Below the pieces are notes generated by a model. That model had not been told where the DNA came from. It worked only from the letters and a program-made list of their open reading frames with translations, and did not search any database. This document shows positions 35,340 to 44,833 of a stretch of 64,000 nt of DNA, one piece after another. The first letter of the stretch is position 1, and each line of letters begins with the position of its first letter. The translations under genes and the position numbers were made by a program. Where the stretch lies: positions 32,001 to 96,000 of the IMG/VR virus record IMGVR_UViG_3300037089_000251. One strand, given 5' to 3'. The stretch is from a virus.

Positions 35340-35575
35340 ATGGAGCTTTCAGATATCGAAGTCATGCAGACCCCCGAGGAGTGGCCACATCGGGTCGTGC
35401 TGCCTCTAAAGAGGTACTCCAAGACTCCGGGTTCATCACCAACAAGACCGGATGCAGGGTTTTCCTTGAGAATATATTCAGTATCTCCTTGGGAGAGACG
35501 CCGCTTGAGTTGGTGAAGTCCAAGCAGTACGACTCGTTCGAGGCCATCTTGGCGGATGGCTGGATGGTGGATTGA
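35340..35575 (+). pseudogene. Small gene apparently split by a -1 frameshift
   Basis: GGAGG-RBS start MELSDIEVMQTPEEWPHRVVLPLKR in one frame; coherent C-terminus ...YDSFEAILADGWMVD in the -1 frame. Confidence 0.4.
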
Positions 35576-35623
35576 CGATTATCGGGGAAGCCTGCATCAA
35601 ATAGCACTGACGAGGAGGAGCAT

Positions 35624-35800
35624 ATGAAGGTATGGGAAGTGGAGTCCAGGTGGAGCAAGCAATTGGTAAAGGCCAGTTGCCTTTTGGTAGCCTGCAACAA
35701 GTATGTCAGGCAGGCGAAGAAGGAGCTTAACGCCGTGCGGCGTTCGCTCAGGTGCAGCCCGGAGCCGACTGCCGTCAGGCTCGTCGGCGAGGCCATCTAA
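35624..35800 (+). CDS. Small hypothetical protein
   Basis: Strong GAGGAGGAG RBS; 58 aa. Confidence 0.5.
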   Translation: MKVWEVESRWSKQLVKASCLLVACNKYVRQAKKELNAVRRSLRCSPEPTAVRLVGEAI

Positions 35801-35810
35801 CAGAAACCCT

Positions 35811-38618
35811 ATGCTCAAACTCAACGAGGAACAACTACGGGCGGTAGCCCACCCCTTGGGGCGACCCGCCTGCCTCATCGCCGGGGCAGGCTCGGGCAAG
35901 ACCAGCACCATCACCGAGAGGGTCCGCTGGCTCATGACGGAAAAGGTTCTGCCCTTCCGCATCTGCTGCATCACCTTCACCAACAAGGCCGCCCAAGAGA
36001 TAAAGAACCGGCTCAACATACCCTTTGAGCCGGACTTCCATAGGGAGCAGACCGAGCCGCATGTGAGCACCATCCATAGCCTCGCCCTCAATGCCATCCG
36101 CAAGAACCCCGAGGGCTTCGGGTTCACCGGCAAGGTCACGCCCATGGACGACTACGACCAGTCGCAGATGATAAAGAAGCTCATCGAGCGCAGCGCCCCG
36201 GAGCCGGGCGTGGAGAAGAACCCCTACCGGTTCCTGGAGAAGCTCGGGTACCACCGTGCCCGTGGCGTAGGATTCGCCGTGGACTATACTGATGAGGTTC
36301 ATGAGGATGCCTTGGAGCGCCACGGTGGGTACCACGCCCTAGAAGACTGGGAGAAGACCATCTGGGCGCAGTTTGAGACCGAGAAGAACAAGTGCGGGTC
36401 GGTGGACTTCGACGACATGATTCACCTGGTGGTGCGCCGGGGGGAGTCGCAGGACGACTGGCGGGCAGCCCTCCAACGGCGTTTCCATCACGTATTGCAG
36501 GACGAGTCGCAGGACACCAGCCCCATCCAGTGGCGCTTCGTCAACCTCCTCCTCGGGGATGACAACCCCAATCTTTATTGCGTGGGGGATTTGGCCCAAT
36601 GTCAACCTCCGGGCACAAAAGTTAAGGTAACCCAAAGTCCTCCTATTGGTTCAAGGAAAGCAATATGCAAAGAGTGGAACATTGAAGACCTAAACGATGG
36701 GTTTCTCGTTCCGTTTTGGCGTCAGGATGACCAGAGAACTTATTGTTCAGGGAAGCCGATTAAGGTTGCATCCCGATTCTACATCGGAGACCTTATCAAG
36801 ATTAAGACTGGAATAGGGAGTACAGAAGTCACTCCAAGTCATTGGAATTGGGTGCGTTTCAACAAGAATGTGCGGGGCAAATACTTGGTCTACCTTATGT
36901 ATCGCCACGACTTGGGATTTCGGGTAGGAACCAGCGTGTTCAAGCGCAGCACGGCGCAGACAGGCGAGAGGGGTGCTTATGGTCTTTCATATCGTATGAA
37001 CCAAGAGAAGGCGGAAGCTGGATGGATTCTACGCATTTGTGACTTCAAAGCTGAGGCTGAGGCGTGGGAGGAAATTTATTCTGTCAGGTACGGCATCCCC
37101 GAATCTCTTTTTGAAAGTGGACCTTGTCGCAGTAAGTCTGACGAACTAATTAGACTGGTCTTTAGCCATGTCAACCCACAAGGGGGGAGGGCGTGTTTGG
37201 CAGCCCTCGGTTTGCTAGAAAGCCATCCGATAATTACAAATCAACGGCACGGACGTGGGAATAGCTGGAGGGGATTCTTCAAGACTGCGGCGGTTAATAT
37301 ATTTCCTGAATATATGGATATTCCTATTGAGGGAAGGAACAAAAGCACCCCGATACTGGGTATATCGAAACGGCATTATCAGGGGCTAGTATACTCCTTA
37401 GAAGTCGAACAGCACCATACCTACATTGCTGACGGTTTGGTGGTTGGGAACTCTATCTATGCCTTCCAAGGGGCGGAGCCACGCCTGCTCAAGGAGTACA
37501 GCGAGGGGTGGCGTGGGTTCGTTCCCGACCTCTACAAGATATCCCGGAACCATAGGAGCCTCCCGAACATCATCCGGCTCTCCAACAAGATTAACGCCAC
37601 GATGACGGAGGTAATCCCCCTCAAGATGCAGACCTTCCGGGGAGTTCTGCCGGACGGTAAGGAGACGGAAACCGGGGCTACCCGGCTCATCCGTTCCTCC
37701 ACGCCGGGCGACGTGGCCGTCATCATCGCACAGGAGATAAAGCACGACAGCCAGCTTAAGGGAATCGGCAACATCGCCTACAAGGACAACGCCATACTCG
37801 TGCGCTCCGCCATGCAGGTCCGTGACTTGGAGGGAGCGCTAGTGCGGTTCCGCATCCCCTATGTCGTCCGGGGCGGCAAGGGCTTGCTCCAGACCGAGGA
37901 GATAAAGGACATCCTAAGCTACTTCCGGCTGGCGGTCAACAACAAGGACTTCACGGCGTTCGTCCGGGCGGCTGCCGTACCCAAGCGGGGAGTCGGGGAT
38001 GTCGCCATGGAGCGGATAAGGAAGAAGGCCGACCAAGAGGAGGAGGGAGACCTCGTTGCCGCCTGCGAGGGCGACAAGAAGCTCGAACTCTTCGTCTATG
38101 GGATGAAGACCGTCATCGGCAGGCTGGGAACCCCTGCGGCCGCCATGGAGGAAATCGTCACCTCCTTCAACTACAAGGACTACATCAACGCCAAGTACCA
38201 CAAGGAGCCGGGCAAGGCAAGAACCAAGTGCGAGAACATCGACCGCTTCCTGTTGCTGATAAACAACCTGGTGAGCGACGGGCTTTCGGCGGAGGACCTT
38301 GTCTTTCAATTGGCCCTTGAACACCCGACCGACAATGACGAGGAGACTGGCAAGGTCACCATCTCGACCATCCACAGCGCCAAGGGACTAGAATGGAAAA
38401 AAGTTTTTCTTACTAATTGCACAGAAGGCTCAATTCCTCATAGGTTTAGCATGGGGTCAGAGACAGAAATTGAGGAAGAACGCAGGTTGCTATACGTTGC
38501 CTGCACGAGGGCTAGGGACCAATTGGCGATATGCGTCCATGGGTTGGAGCCACGGGGACCAAATACTGTGTCCGTGGCACCGAGTCGGTTCCTTAAAGAA
38601 CTCAATATAGTTTCGTGA
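35811..38618 (+). CDS. uvrD: UvrD/PcrA-family SF1 helicase, intein-containing
   Basis: AGAGSGKT, ITFTNKAA, STIHS, DESQD, VGD..Q/SIY.F.GA, TIHSAKGLEW and EERRLLYVACTRARD motifs. Confidence 0.92.
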   Translation: MLKLNEEQLRAVAHPLGRPACLIAGAGSGKTSTITERVRWLMTEKVLPFRICCITFTNKAAQEIKNRLNIPFEPDFHREQTEPHVSTIHSLALNAIRKNPEGFGFTGKVTPMDDYDQSQMIKKLIERSAPEPGVEKNPYRFLEKLGYHRARGVGFAVDYTDEVHEDALERHGGYHALEDWEKTIWAQFETEKNKCGSVDFDDMIHLVVRRGESQDDWRAALQRRFHHVLQDESQDTSPIQWRFVNLLLGDDNPNLYCVGDLAQCQPPGTKVKVTQSPPIGSRKAICKEWNIEDLNDGFLVPFWRQDDQRTYCSGKPIKVASRFYIGDLIKIKTGIGSTEVTPSHWNWVRFNKNVRGKYLVYLMYRHDLGFRVGTSVFKRSTAQTGERGAYGLSYRMNQEKAEAGWILRICDFKAEAEAWEEIYSVRYGIPESLFESGPCRSKSDELIRLVFSHVNPQGGRACLAALGLLESHPIITNQRHGRGNSWRGFFKTAAVNIFPEYMDIPIEGRNKSTPILGISKRHYQGLVYSLEVEQHHTYIADGLVVGNSIYAFQGAEPRLLKEYSEGWRGFVPDLYKISRNHRSLPNIIRLSNKINATMTEVIPLKMQTFRGVLPDGKETETGATRLIRSSTPGDVAVIIAQEIKHDSQLKGIGNIAYKDNAILVRSAMQVRDLEGALVRFRIPYVVRGGKGLLQTEEIKDILSYFRLAVNNKDFTAFVRAAAVPKRGVGDVAMERIRKKADQEEEGDLVAACEGDKKLELFVYGMKTVIGRLGTPAAAMEEIVTSFNYKDYINAKYHKEPGKARTKCENIDRFLLLINNLVSDGLSAEDLVFQLALEHPTDNDEETGKVTISTIHSAKGLEWKKVFLTNCTEGSIPHRFSMGSETEIEEERRLLYVACTRARDQLAICVHGLEPRGPNTVSVAPSRFLKELNIVS
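36600..37451 (+). mobile_element. Intein (284 aa) in UvrD motif III
   Basis: Starts CQPPGT after VGDLAQ; ends VYSLEV..HHTYIADGLVVGN before Ser (SIYAFQGA); lower GC. Confidence 0.9.
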
Positions 38619-38647
38619 TTCGCTGTATATTAAATTAAGGAGGACAG

Positions 38648-38992
38648 ATGTCAACATTCTCAAAGCGTTTTCCGGGGCTTAAGCCCGGAGAGTACATGGA
38701 AATCGGCACCCCGGAGCACATCACGAGGCAGTTGCCGGGATGCGTCTCCGTCAGGACCTTCGCCACGCCGTCGCAGACCGTTCCCGACGAGGGATACCTC
38801 CTGCAAGCCGTCAAGACGACCAAGGCGGGCTGGGGCAACGGCTCGGCGGCCATCGTATGCGGCTGCATGGACTGCACCCTCAAGGCAGGACTGGTGCTCA
38901 CGGGCATCAAGACCCCGTGCAAGCACGCCAAGGGTCTGCGGGTTCTCCTGCGTGGGCGTCGTCGGGCGTGGATGAAGATTGACGACAAGTAA
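38648..38992 (+). CDS. SWIM-type zinc-finger-like protein
   Basis: CGCMD...PCKH; AAGGAGG RBS. Confidence 0.55.
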   Translation: MSTFSKRFPGLKPGEYMEIGTPEHITRQLPGCVSVRTFATPSQTVPDEGYLLQAVKTTKAGWGNGSAAIVCGCMDCTLKAGLVLTGIKTPCKHAKGLRVLLRGRRRAWMKIDDK

Positions 38993-39018
38993 GATTCCCC
39001 CTGTTTTTCATCCGCCTC

Positions 39019-39028
39019 GGTGTATACT
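39019..39028 (+). promoter_or_regulatory. Candidate early/middle promoter, extended -10 GGTGTATACT (representative copy)
   Basis: Exact copies at 30487 and 40235; GTGTATACT at 29065; related CGGTATT(A/C)T at 19337, 25767, 25875 and 32524, all upstream of genes or RNAs. Confidence 0.55.
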
Positions 39029-39090
39029 ATAGGTGTAGGAACAGAGCCTCCGCTTAGGCGTAGAGGCAAAAAGTATTCGAGGAGTTTGAC

Positions 39091-39432
39091 ATGAAAGAAT
39101 TGGACCAGAAGAGGGCGGAAGCCCTTGCGTGGGGGTATTTCCGTGTGATTCTGCCGGTAAGCCGGGAGAAGCTCAAGGACAAGTACAAGGAAGCTTCGGA
39201 CCGGATGGACCCCAAGGCACGGCCGAGCAACACCAAGGGTGAGTTCATGGAGATGCGTAACTTCTACCATGACTTGCTTGAGGCCAACCCCTCGTGGGCG
39301 TTCACTGCCTATGAGGCTCCCCGTACCCGGCGACCGAACCGTGGTTCCAACCGGGTAGGGTTCAAGCCGGGGCGCAACTCACAGACCTCCGAGCCGCTCA
39401 TGAAGGCATTCTCCGTTTTGCTACCGAGGTAA
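39091..39432 (+). CDS. Hypothetical protein (degenerate J-domain-like)
   Basis: LKDKYKEAS..MDP......F.EM...Y..L; lacks HPD. Confidence 0.4.
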   Translation: MKELDQKRAEALAWGYFRVILPVSREKLKDKYKEASDRMDPKARPSNTKGEFMEMRNFYHDLLEANPSWAFTAYEAPRTRRPNRGSNRVGFKPGRNSQTSEPLMKAFSVLLPR

Positions 39433-39435
39433 GGC

Positions 39436-40221
39436 ATGGAAAGCGCACGCTTTGACATCAGCATCCCCCGTGACGACAAGGGGAATGTCCAAGGGGTCAT
39501 CCTTGGGCATGACTTCTGCGCCGAGCATGAGTGGGGCATCGACGACATGCTCGACCGGTTTGGCATCCCCGGAAAGCCCCGTGCCATAGGCGTCAACAAG
39601 CGCCGGGTCACCGTCATCCCCGAGGGTCTGACGTGGGTCAAGATGGGCGTCCGGGAGGGCATCCTCCTGCCCACTGCGTTCGATGTCTGGTATGCCGGTA
39701 ACCAGAAGGCTGATATCGGCATGATTTATTGGAAATCCCTCTATCTTGCCGAAGCCAAACCTGGACTTGCGGCCGCTTGGGACAAAGATTCTTTTTTGGT
39801 TACCTCCACGAGCCACAAGGACATAAAAGCCCTTAAAGAGGTCTACCACGCCTTCATGGCGATGGATGCCGCCGTCACCCTGCTCTCACCCACGGTCTAT
39901 GTCGGCAACAACCTGAGCCTCATCATCATCAGCCGGATGTCCAAGGATACCATCGACCTGTGGAAGAGCTATGACCTTGAGGAACGGTCGCTTAACAGCT
40001 ACATGCGGCGTTCCCGTATAGAAAAGCTCCTCCTGAGGCACAAGAAGGCGTACTTCTCCCTGCGCCCCCGGCGCAAGAAGGACGGCTCCGTGGAGTTCTG
40101 GCTAAACCCCTTTCAGCAGAGCCTCTACGGCAGCGGCTACTACACCCTGCAAGACCTGCGGGCGTGGGCGAGGGACAAGGGGAAGGTCATCAAGAAGCCG
40201 GAAACAAAAAATTCCCGCTAA
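39436..40221 (+). CDS. Hypothetical protein
   Basis: 261 aa; DFCAEHEWGI and FWLNP motifs. Confidence 0.65.
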   Translation: MESARFDISIPRDDKGNVQGVILGHDFCAEHEWGIDDMLDRFGIPGKPRAIGVNKRRVTVIPEGLTWVKMGVREGILLPTAFDVWYAGNQKADIGMIYWKSLYLAEAKPGLAAAWDKDSFLVTSTSHKDIKALKEVYHAFMAMDAAVTLLSPTVYVGNNLSLIIISRMSKDTIDLWKSYDLEERSLNSYMRRSRIEKLLLRHKKAYFSLRPRRKKDGSVEFWLNPFQQSLYGSGYYTLQDLRAWARDKGKVIKKPETKNSR

Positions 40222-40361
40222 AAGCCATGCGGCGGGTGTATACTACGACTGAGTAACCTGTGCAGTCCACCGTGTCGAAGCTGAGCTAGATGCGGCTAAC
40301 CGAGGTCTAACGACTTCGTTCGTCCCAAACTGGGGCAGGACCGGCAGGAAGAAGGAATCAT

Positions 40362-40580
40362 ATGTCTGAACTCGGTTACGGTTCGTATTACACCACCAAG
40401 GAACACCGGGTGGAGATTGACAGGGCTGGCGGCGGTTACCCTCGCATGACCTGCTATACATGCGAGGGAGCCACGCTCGTCAAGCAGCCCTACATGACCA
40501 CCGAAATCTGGCTGGCCAAGACCACGGAGTTCCAAGAGAACCATGGTCAGCTTGACCTCAGCACCTATGTGAAATTCTAG
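40362..40580 (+). CDS. Small hypothetical protein
   Basis: AAGGA RBS; CxxC. Confidence 0.55.
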   Translation: MSELGYGSYYTTKEHRVEIDRAGGGYPRMTCYTCEGATLVKQPYMTTEIWLAKTTEFQENHGQLDLSTYVKF

Positions 40581-40589
40581 GGGGAGTCC

Positions 40590-41228
40590 ATGTACCTTGC
40601 CCTGCTCTTATTGCTGCCGTTTCTCCTTGCCCTTCTGGCGTGGTATATCCTCAAGGCACGGGGAGAGACTTTCTTTGGTCCCCTTCAAGTCGGCATCGCC
40701 TTGGGCATCTGCCTCCTCATCGCCGGGGCGGGGCTTGGCTTGGAGTTCTACGGGGTCACGAGCGATACCGAGATTTGGAGCGGCTCCATCACCCAAAAAC
40801 AACGGGAGGAAGTCTCCTGCCGCCATTCCTACCAGTGCAACTGCCATGAAGTCTGCACAGGCTCGGGCAAAGACGAGACATGCTCAGAGCATTGCGACAC
40901 CTGCTATGAACACAGCTTTGACGTGGATTGGGACGTGTTCTCCTCCACCGGAAAGCAAATCAGCATCGACACCATTGACCGGCAGGGACTCTCCATGCCG
41001 CCCCGGTGGGGAGCCGCCTATGTGGGCGAACCCACGGCGGAGGCACATGAGTTCACTAATTACTTCCTCGCCGCACCCGACGACATTATGCTGCGCCATG
41101 ACGCCCCCAAGGGCTTCGAGGGGCTGGTACCGGAGTATCCGAAATCCATCACCGACTATTACCATTGCAACCGGTTCCTCCTCGGCGGCGGTGTCGGTAT
41201 CAGACCATATCTGGATGCTCGGGCGTGA
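40590..41228 (+). CDS. Cys-rich membrane protein, possibly truncated
   Basis: Two N-terminal hydrophobic helices; DTEIWSG...CRHSYQCNC...CDTCYEH. Confidence 0.6.
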   Translation: MYLALLLLLPFLLALLAWYILKARGETFFGPLQVGIALGICLLIAGAGLGLEFYGVTSDTEIWSGSITQKQREEVSCRHSYQCNCHEVCTGSGKDETCSEHCDTCYEHSFDVDWDVFSSTGKQISIDTIDRQGLSMPPRWGAAYVGEPTAEAHEFTNYFLAAPDDIMLRHDAPKGFEGLVPEYPKSITDYYHCNRFLLGGGVGIRPYLDARA

Positions 41229-41400
41229 GCGTGGACCTGACGGTAAGCCCGTCCCCGGTGCCAAGATTGTCCACACATATGACCTTATCGAGGCGGGGCT
41301 GTGCTGGGAGCAGTGGAACCCCCGCAACGCCACACGTCCCGCTATATCCGAGTTCGTGCGCCAGTTGAAGGAAGACTTCTATAACCTGTGAGGAGACTCT

Positions 41401-42354
41401 ATGAACAAGCCAAGTTTCGGCGTGATAGTCGGGCGATTCCAAGTCCATGAGCTTCACGACGGGCACATGGAGCTTTTCCGCATCGTCAAGGGACGGCATA
41501 ACCGCATCATCGTGTTCCTCGGATGCAACAAGGTCGGCCCCACCCGGCACGACCCGCTGGACTTCGAGACCAGGAAAAAGATGGTGCAGGCGAAGTTCCC
41601 CGAGTTCACCGTCCTGCCGCTCAAGGACAAGAAGACGGACGAGGAGTGGTCCAAGGACTTGGACGAGCGCATATCCGACGCCGTGGGGGAGATTCCCTCC
41701 GAGGTCATCCTGTATGGCAGCCGGGAGAGCTTTGCCCCCCATTACCACGGCAGGCACAAGGTCAGGGAACTGGAAATCGAGGTTCCTCCGTCCCTTACCA
41801 GCACGGACATACGTGCCAAGCTGACCAATCAAGTCATGGAGTCGCCGGACTTCCGTGCTGGCATCATCTATGCCATGAACCAGCTATGGCCACGGCTCAT
41901 CCCCGTGGTGGATATCGCCATCGTCCACAAGGCGGAGAAGGGGCTGATGCTCCTGCTCGGAAAGAAGAAGGACGACACCAACTGGCGCTTTCCCGGTGGT
42001 CACGCCATAAAAAAGAACAGCACCTTCGAGGCGGACGCCAAGATGGAGGTATTCGAGGAGACGGGCTTGGATGTCCATGACCTTGAGTACATCGGCTCAG
42101 GTCTGGTGGATAGCTGGCGCTGGAGGTCGGAGCCGTCCGAGGGGTTCAAGACCATCTTCTACCTCGCCCACAGCATGACCATGGGCGGCAAGGGGGCGGA
42201 CGACCTGGCGGAGTCCCGGTGGTTCGAGTTCAGCAAGCTCACCGTGTACGACATCGAGAAGGAGCACAAGCCGCTCTTCGAGATGCTGCAACAACACCTT
42301 ACTACCAAAAAGGAGAACACCCATGCCGGAAAAGATGGTTCCAGTATTCGCTAA
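41401..42354 (+). CDS. nadM: Bifunctional NMN adenylyltransferase / Nudix (ADP-ribose pyrophosphatase), NadM-Nudix/NatV-like
   Basis: VGRFQ...LHDGH, PLDFETR..M and S.TDIR; C-terminal FPGG...EVFEETG and GADDL Nudix motifs. Confidence 0.88.
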   Translation: MNKPSFGVIVGRFQVHELHDGHMELFRIVKGRHNRIIVFLGCNKVGPTRHDPLDFETRKKMVQAKFPEFTVLPLKDKKTDEEWSKDLDERISDAVGEIPSEVILYGSRESFAPHYHGRHKVRELEIEVPPSLTSTDIRAKLTNQVMESPDFRAGIIYAMNQLWPRLIPVVDIAIVHKAEKGLMLLLGKKKDDTNWRFPGGHAIKKNSTFEADAKMEVFEETGLDVHDLEYIGSGLVDSWRWRSEPSEGFKTIFYLAHSMTMGGKGADDLAESRWFEFSKLTVYDIEKEHKPLFEMLQQHLTTKKENTHAGKDGSSIR

Positions 42355-42745
42355 CCGGGCACCGTGGAATGACCTCGTACTTGACGGAAAACGCCATGTT
42401 AAAACACTTTCCTTTAACTGGAAACACCGGGGACCCATCCTCCTTTACACGTCCTCCAACCGGGTGGATTGGTGGGGGTTCGACCAGTACGACATGACCA
42501 AGCAGGACATCCCAAAGGGTGTAATCGTAGGCTCTGCAATGGTGGTTGATGTGGTCCCCACGGACACACTTCCACAGATTTTCTACGACAAGGACCCCAA
42601 TCTGGAGGGCACTATGGGGCAGGCGTTCGTGGTCATCGTGGAGAACCCACGGCGCTTCAAACGTCCCATCCCGTTCAAGCCGCCACAGGGGACAGTCAGG
42701 ATTAGTTCAGCGCCCGCACGCTATTTGCGACGAGCAGTGCTCTAA
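42323..42745 (+). CDS. ASCH domain protein
   Basis: PW..LVLDGK...HRGPILLY...PKGVIVG...PIPFK..QG. Confidence 0.7.
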   Translation: MPEKMVPVFANRAPWNDLVLDGKRHVKTLSFNWKHRGPILLYTSSNRVDWWGFDQYDMTKQDIPKGVIVGSAMVVDVVPTDTLPQIFYDKDPNLEGTMGQAFVVIVENPRRFKRPIPFKPPQGTVRISSAPARYLRRAVL

Positions 42746-42786
42746 TTTCAGGACTATGACAATCATTATAGGAGGTATTGCATATT

Positions 42787-43419
42787 ATGGTTGTCTACAA
42801 GGGTGAGGACTTATCAGGAAAGTTTTTTGGATATTGGGAAGTTATTAAACCCATACGGGAGGAATATCCGTATAAAGGGGGAAGCAAGTCTCGGTGGGTA
42901 TGGGTGTGCCGTTGTAAGTGTGGAAAAGAAAGACCACAGCGTAGGGAATCTCTTATAAAGGGGTTTACCAAGTCTTGTGGATGCATGGCACTCCTGTTTA
43001 TGCACGAAGCCCGCATAAAGCCTGACCAGCACCGGTTGAAGTGGGCTGCTTACAGGAATTATAAGTCTGCTGCCAAGCGGCGTGGCTATGGTTTTTCTCT
43101 ATCGTTTGATGAGTTCAAGGTTCTGATGGCTTCAGACTGTCATTACTGCGGAATGCCCCCGTCACTAGTCTACAAGGATGATTATCTGGAAAAGGCTTCA
43201 AGTTTTTACAAGGCTCAGGCGAGGGATTTCTTGTACAACGGAGTAGACCGTGTTGATAATCGACTCGGATATACATCGGAAAACTGTGTTGCAGCCTGTG
43301 GTCCCTGCAACCGTTCCAAGCACGCAATGACATTGGAAAATTGGCTGAAGTGGATAAGCAGACTATATGAGTACCAATTTTCAAAAGGAGATAGAAATGC
43401 CCCAAAAGCTCAAGATTAA
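42787..43419 (+). CDS. HNH-type homing endonuclease, paralogue of 16898-17659
   Basis: DLSGK..GYWEV, WVCRCKCG, TKSCGC, CHYCG and NGVDRVDN..GY...NCVAAC..CN.SK; GGAGG upstream. Confidence 0.85.
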   Translation: MVVYKGEDLSGKFFGYWEVIKPIREEYPYKGGSKSRWVWVCRCKCGKERPQRRESLIKGFTKSCGCMALLFMHEARIKPDQHRLKWAAYRNYKSAAKRRGYGFSLSFDEFKVLMASDCHYCGMPPSLVYKDDYLEKASSFYKAQARDFLYNGVDRVDNRLGYTSENCVAACGPCNRSKHAMTLENWLKWISRLYEYQFSKGDRNAPKAQD

Positions 43420-44833
43420 CCCTATTCTCGATACTGATTCCTATAAGCTCTCACACTGGGTTCAGTACCCCCCGGATACGGAGTATGTCTACTCTTATCT
43501 GATGAGTCGGGGTGGATTCTGGAAGAACACCCTGTTCTTTGGGCTTCAGTATACTCTGAAAGCTTATTTTGAGGGCAAGGTTTTTGATAAAAAAGACGTG
43601 GAGCAGGCCGCCGCCGAGTCCTTCAAGCATTTCGGCAATGGCGACGTGTTCAATTACAAGGGCTGGATGCGGCTCCTCAAAAAGCACGGAGGGATACTGC
43701 CCCTGCATGTCCGGGCGGTCCCGGAGGGCATGGTTGTCCCCGTCAAGCACCCCATCATGACTATTCAGAACACTGACAAGGAGTTCCCGTGGCTGACCAA
43801 CTGGGCGGAGACCCGACTACTGAGCGGCACTTGGTACCCCATCACGGTCGGGACGCTCTCTTTTGAAATCAAGCAGGCCATCGGGGCGGACCTCGTGCGC
43901 ACGGGCGACCCCTCGCTCCTGCCCTTCAAGCTGCACGACTTCGGATACCGGGGCGTCTCCTCGCAGGAGACGGCAGCCATCGGCGGGGCTGCCCACCTTG
44001 TCAACTTCATGGGCACCGACACCATGGCTGCCTTGGCGCTCTTGGAGCAGTACTACGATGCCGACATGGCGGGGTTCAGCATCCCGGCTATGGAGCACAG
44101 CACCGTTACCTCGTGGGGCGAGGAGAACGAGGCTGACGCCTACGAGAACATGATTGACAGGTTCCCGAACGGTCTCGTGGCGTGCGTCATCGACTCCTAT
44201 GACCCGCACCGGGCGGTAGCGGAGATATTCGGCGGCAAGCTGCGGGAGAAGATTCTCCGCAGGGGCGGGACGGTCGTCCTGCGCCCCGACTCCGGGGACC
44301 CCTGCGTCGTCATTGAGGACATCTTCAACATCGCCGCCGACAAGTTCGGGTTCGAGACGAACAACAAGGGCTGGAAGGTGCTTCCAAGGCAGATTCGCCT
44401 GATACAGGGTGACGGCGTCAACTACCAGAACATCCTCCGCATCAACTCGCACCTTACCCGTGCGGGCTGGTCGATGGACAACTGGGGCTATGGCATGGGC
44501 GGGGCGCTGCTCCAGCAGCAGAACCGGGACACCATGCGCTTCGCCATCAAGTGCTCCGCCATTAGGCGTGACGGTACTTGGGAGGAGGTCCACAAGACCA
44601 CCATCACCGACCCCTCCAAGGCGAGCATCGGCGGGCGCTTCAACCTGATGCTCACCCCTGACGGGGAGTTCGAGACCTCGCAGGTGGACGACTTCGACGA
44701 CCGCACGTCCATCGGCTGCACCAACCTGCTGGAGACGGTGTTCGAGGACGGAAAGGTCACCCGCCACCAGACGCTCGAACAGATTCGTGCCATCGCCAAG
44801 GAGTACGACCGTTACGACAAAGAGGAGTACTAG
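43397..44833 (+). CDS. nadV: Nicotinamide phosphoribosyltransferase
   Basis: TDSYKLSHW.QYP, LHDFGYRGVSS, SIPA.EHS, DSYD, LRPDSGDP, IQGDG, G.GGALLQ and RDT..FA.KC motifs. Confidence 0.93.
   Translation: MPQKLKINPILDTDSYKLSHWVQYPPDTEYVYSYLMSRGGFWKNTLFFGLQYTLKAYFEGKVFDKKDVEQAAAESFKHFGNGDVFNYKGWMRLLKKHGGILPLHVRAVPEGMVVPVKHPIMTIQNTDKEFPWLTNWAETRLLSGTWYPITVGTLSFEIKQAIGADLVRTGDPSLLPFKLHDFGYRGVSSQETAAIGGAAHLVNFMGTDTMAALALLEQYYDADMAGFSIPAMEHSTVTSWGEENEADAYENMIDRFPNGLVACVIDSYDPHRAVAEIFGGKLREKILRRGGTVVLRPDSGDPCVVIEDIFNIAADKFGFETNNKGWKVLPRQIRLIQGDGVNYQNILRINSHLTRAGWSMDNWGYGMGGALLQQQNRDTMRFAIKCSAIRRDGTWEEVHKTTITDPSKASIGGRFNLMLTPDGEFETSQVDDFDDRTSIGCTNLLETVFEDGKVTRHQTLEQIRAIAKEYDRYDKEEY

Noticed and set aside
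35703-35810. N-terminal extension of UvrD
   Set aside because: It overlaps a small gene with a strong RBS; helicase homology starts at MLKLNEEQ (35811).
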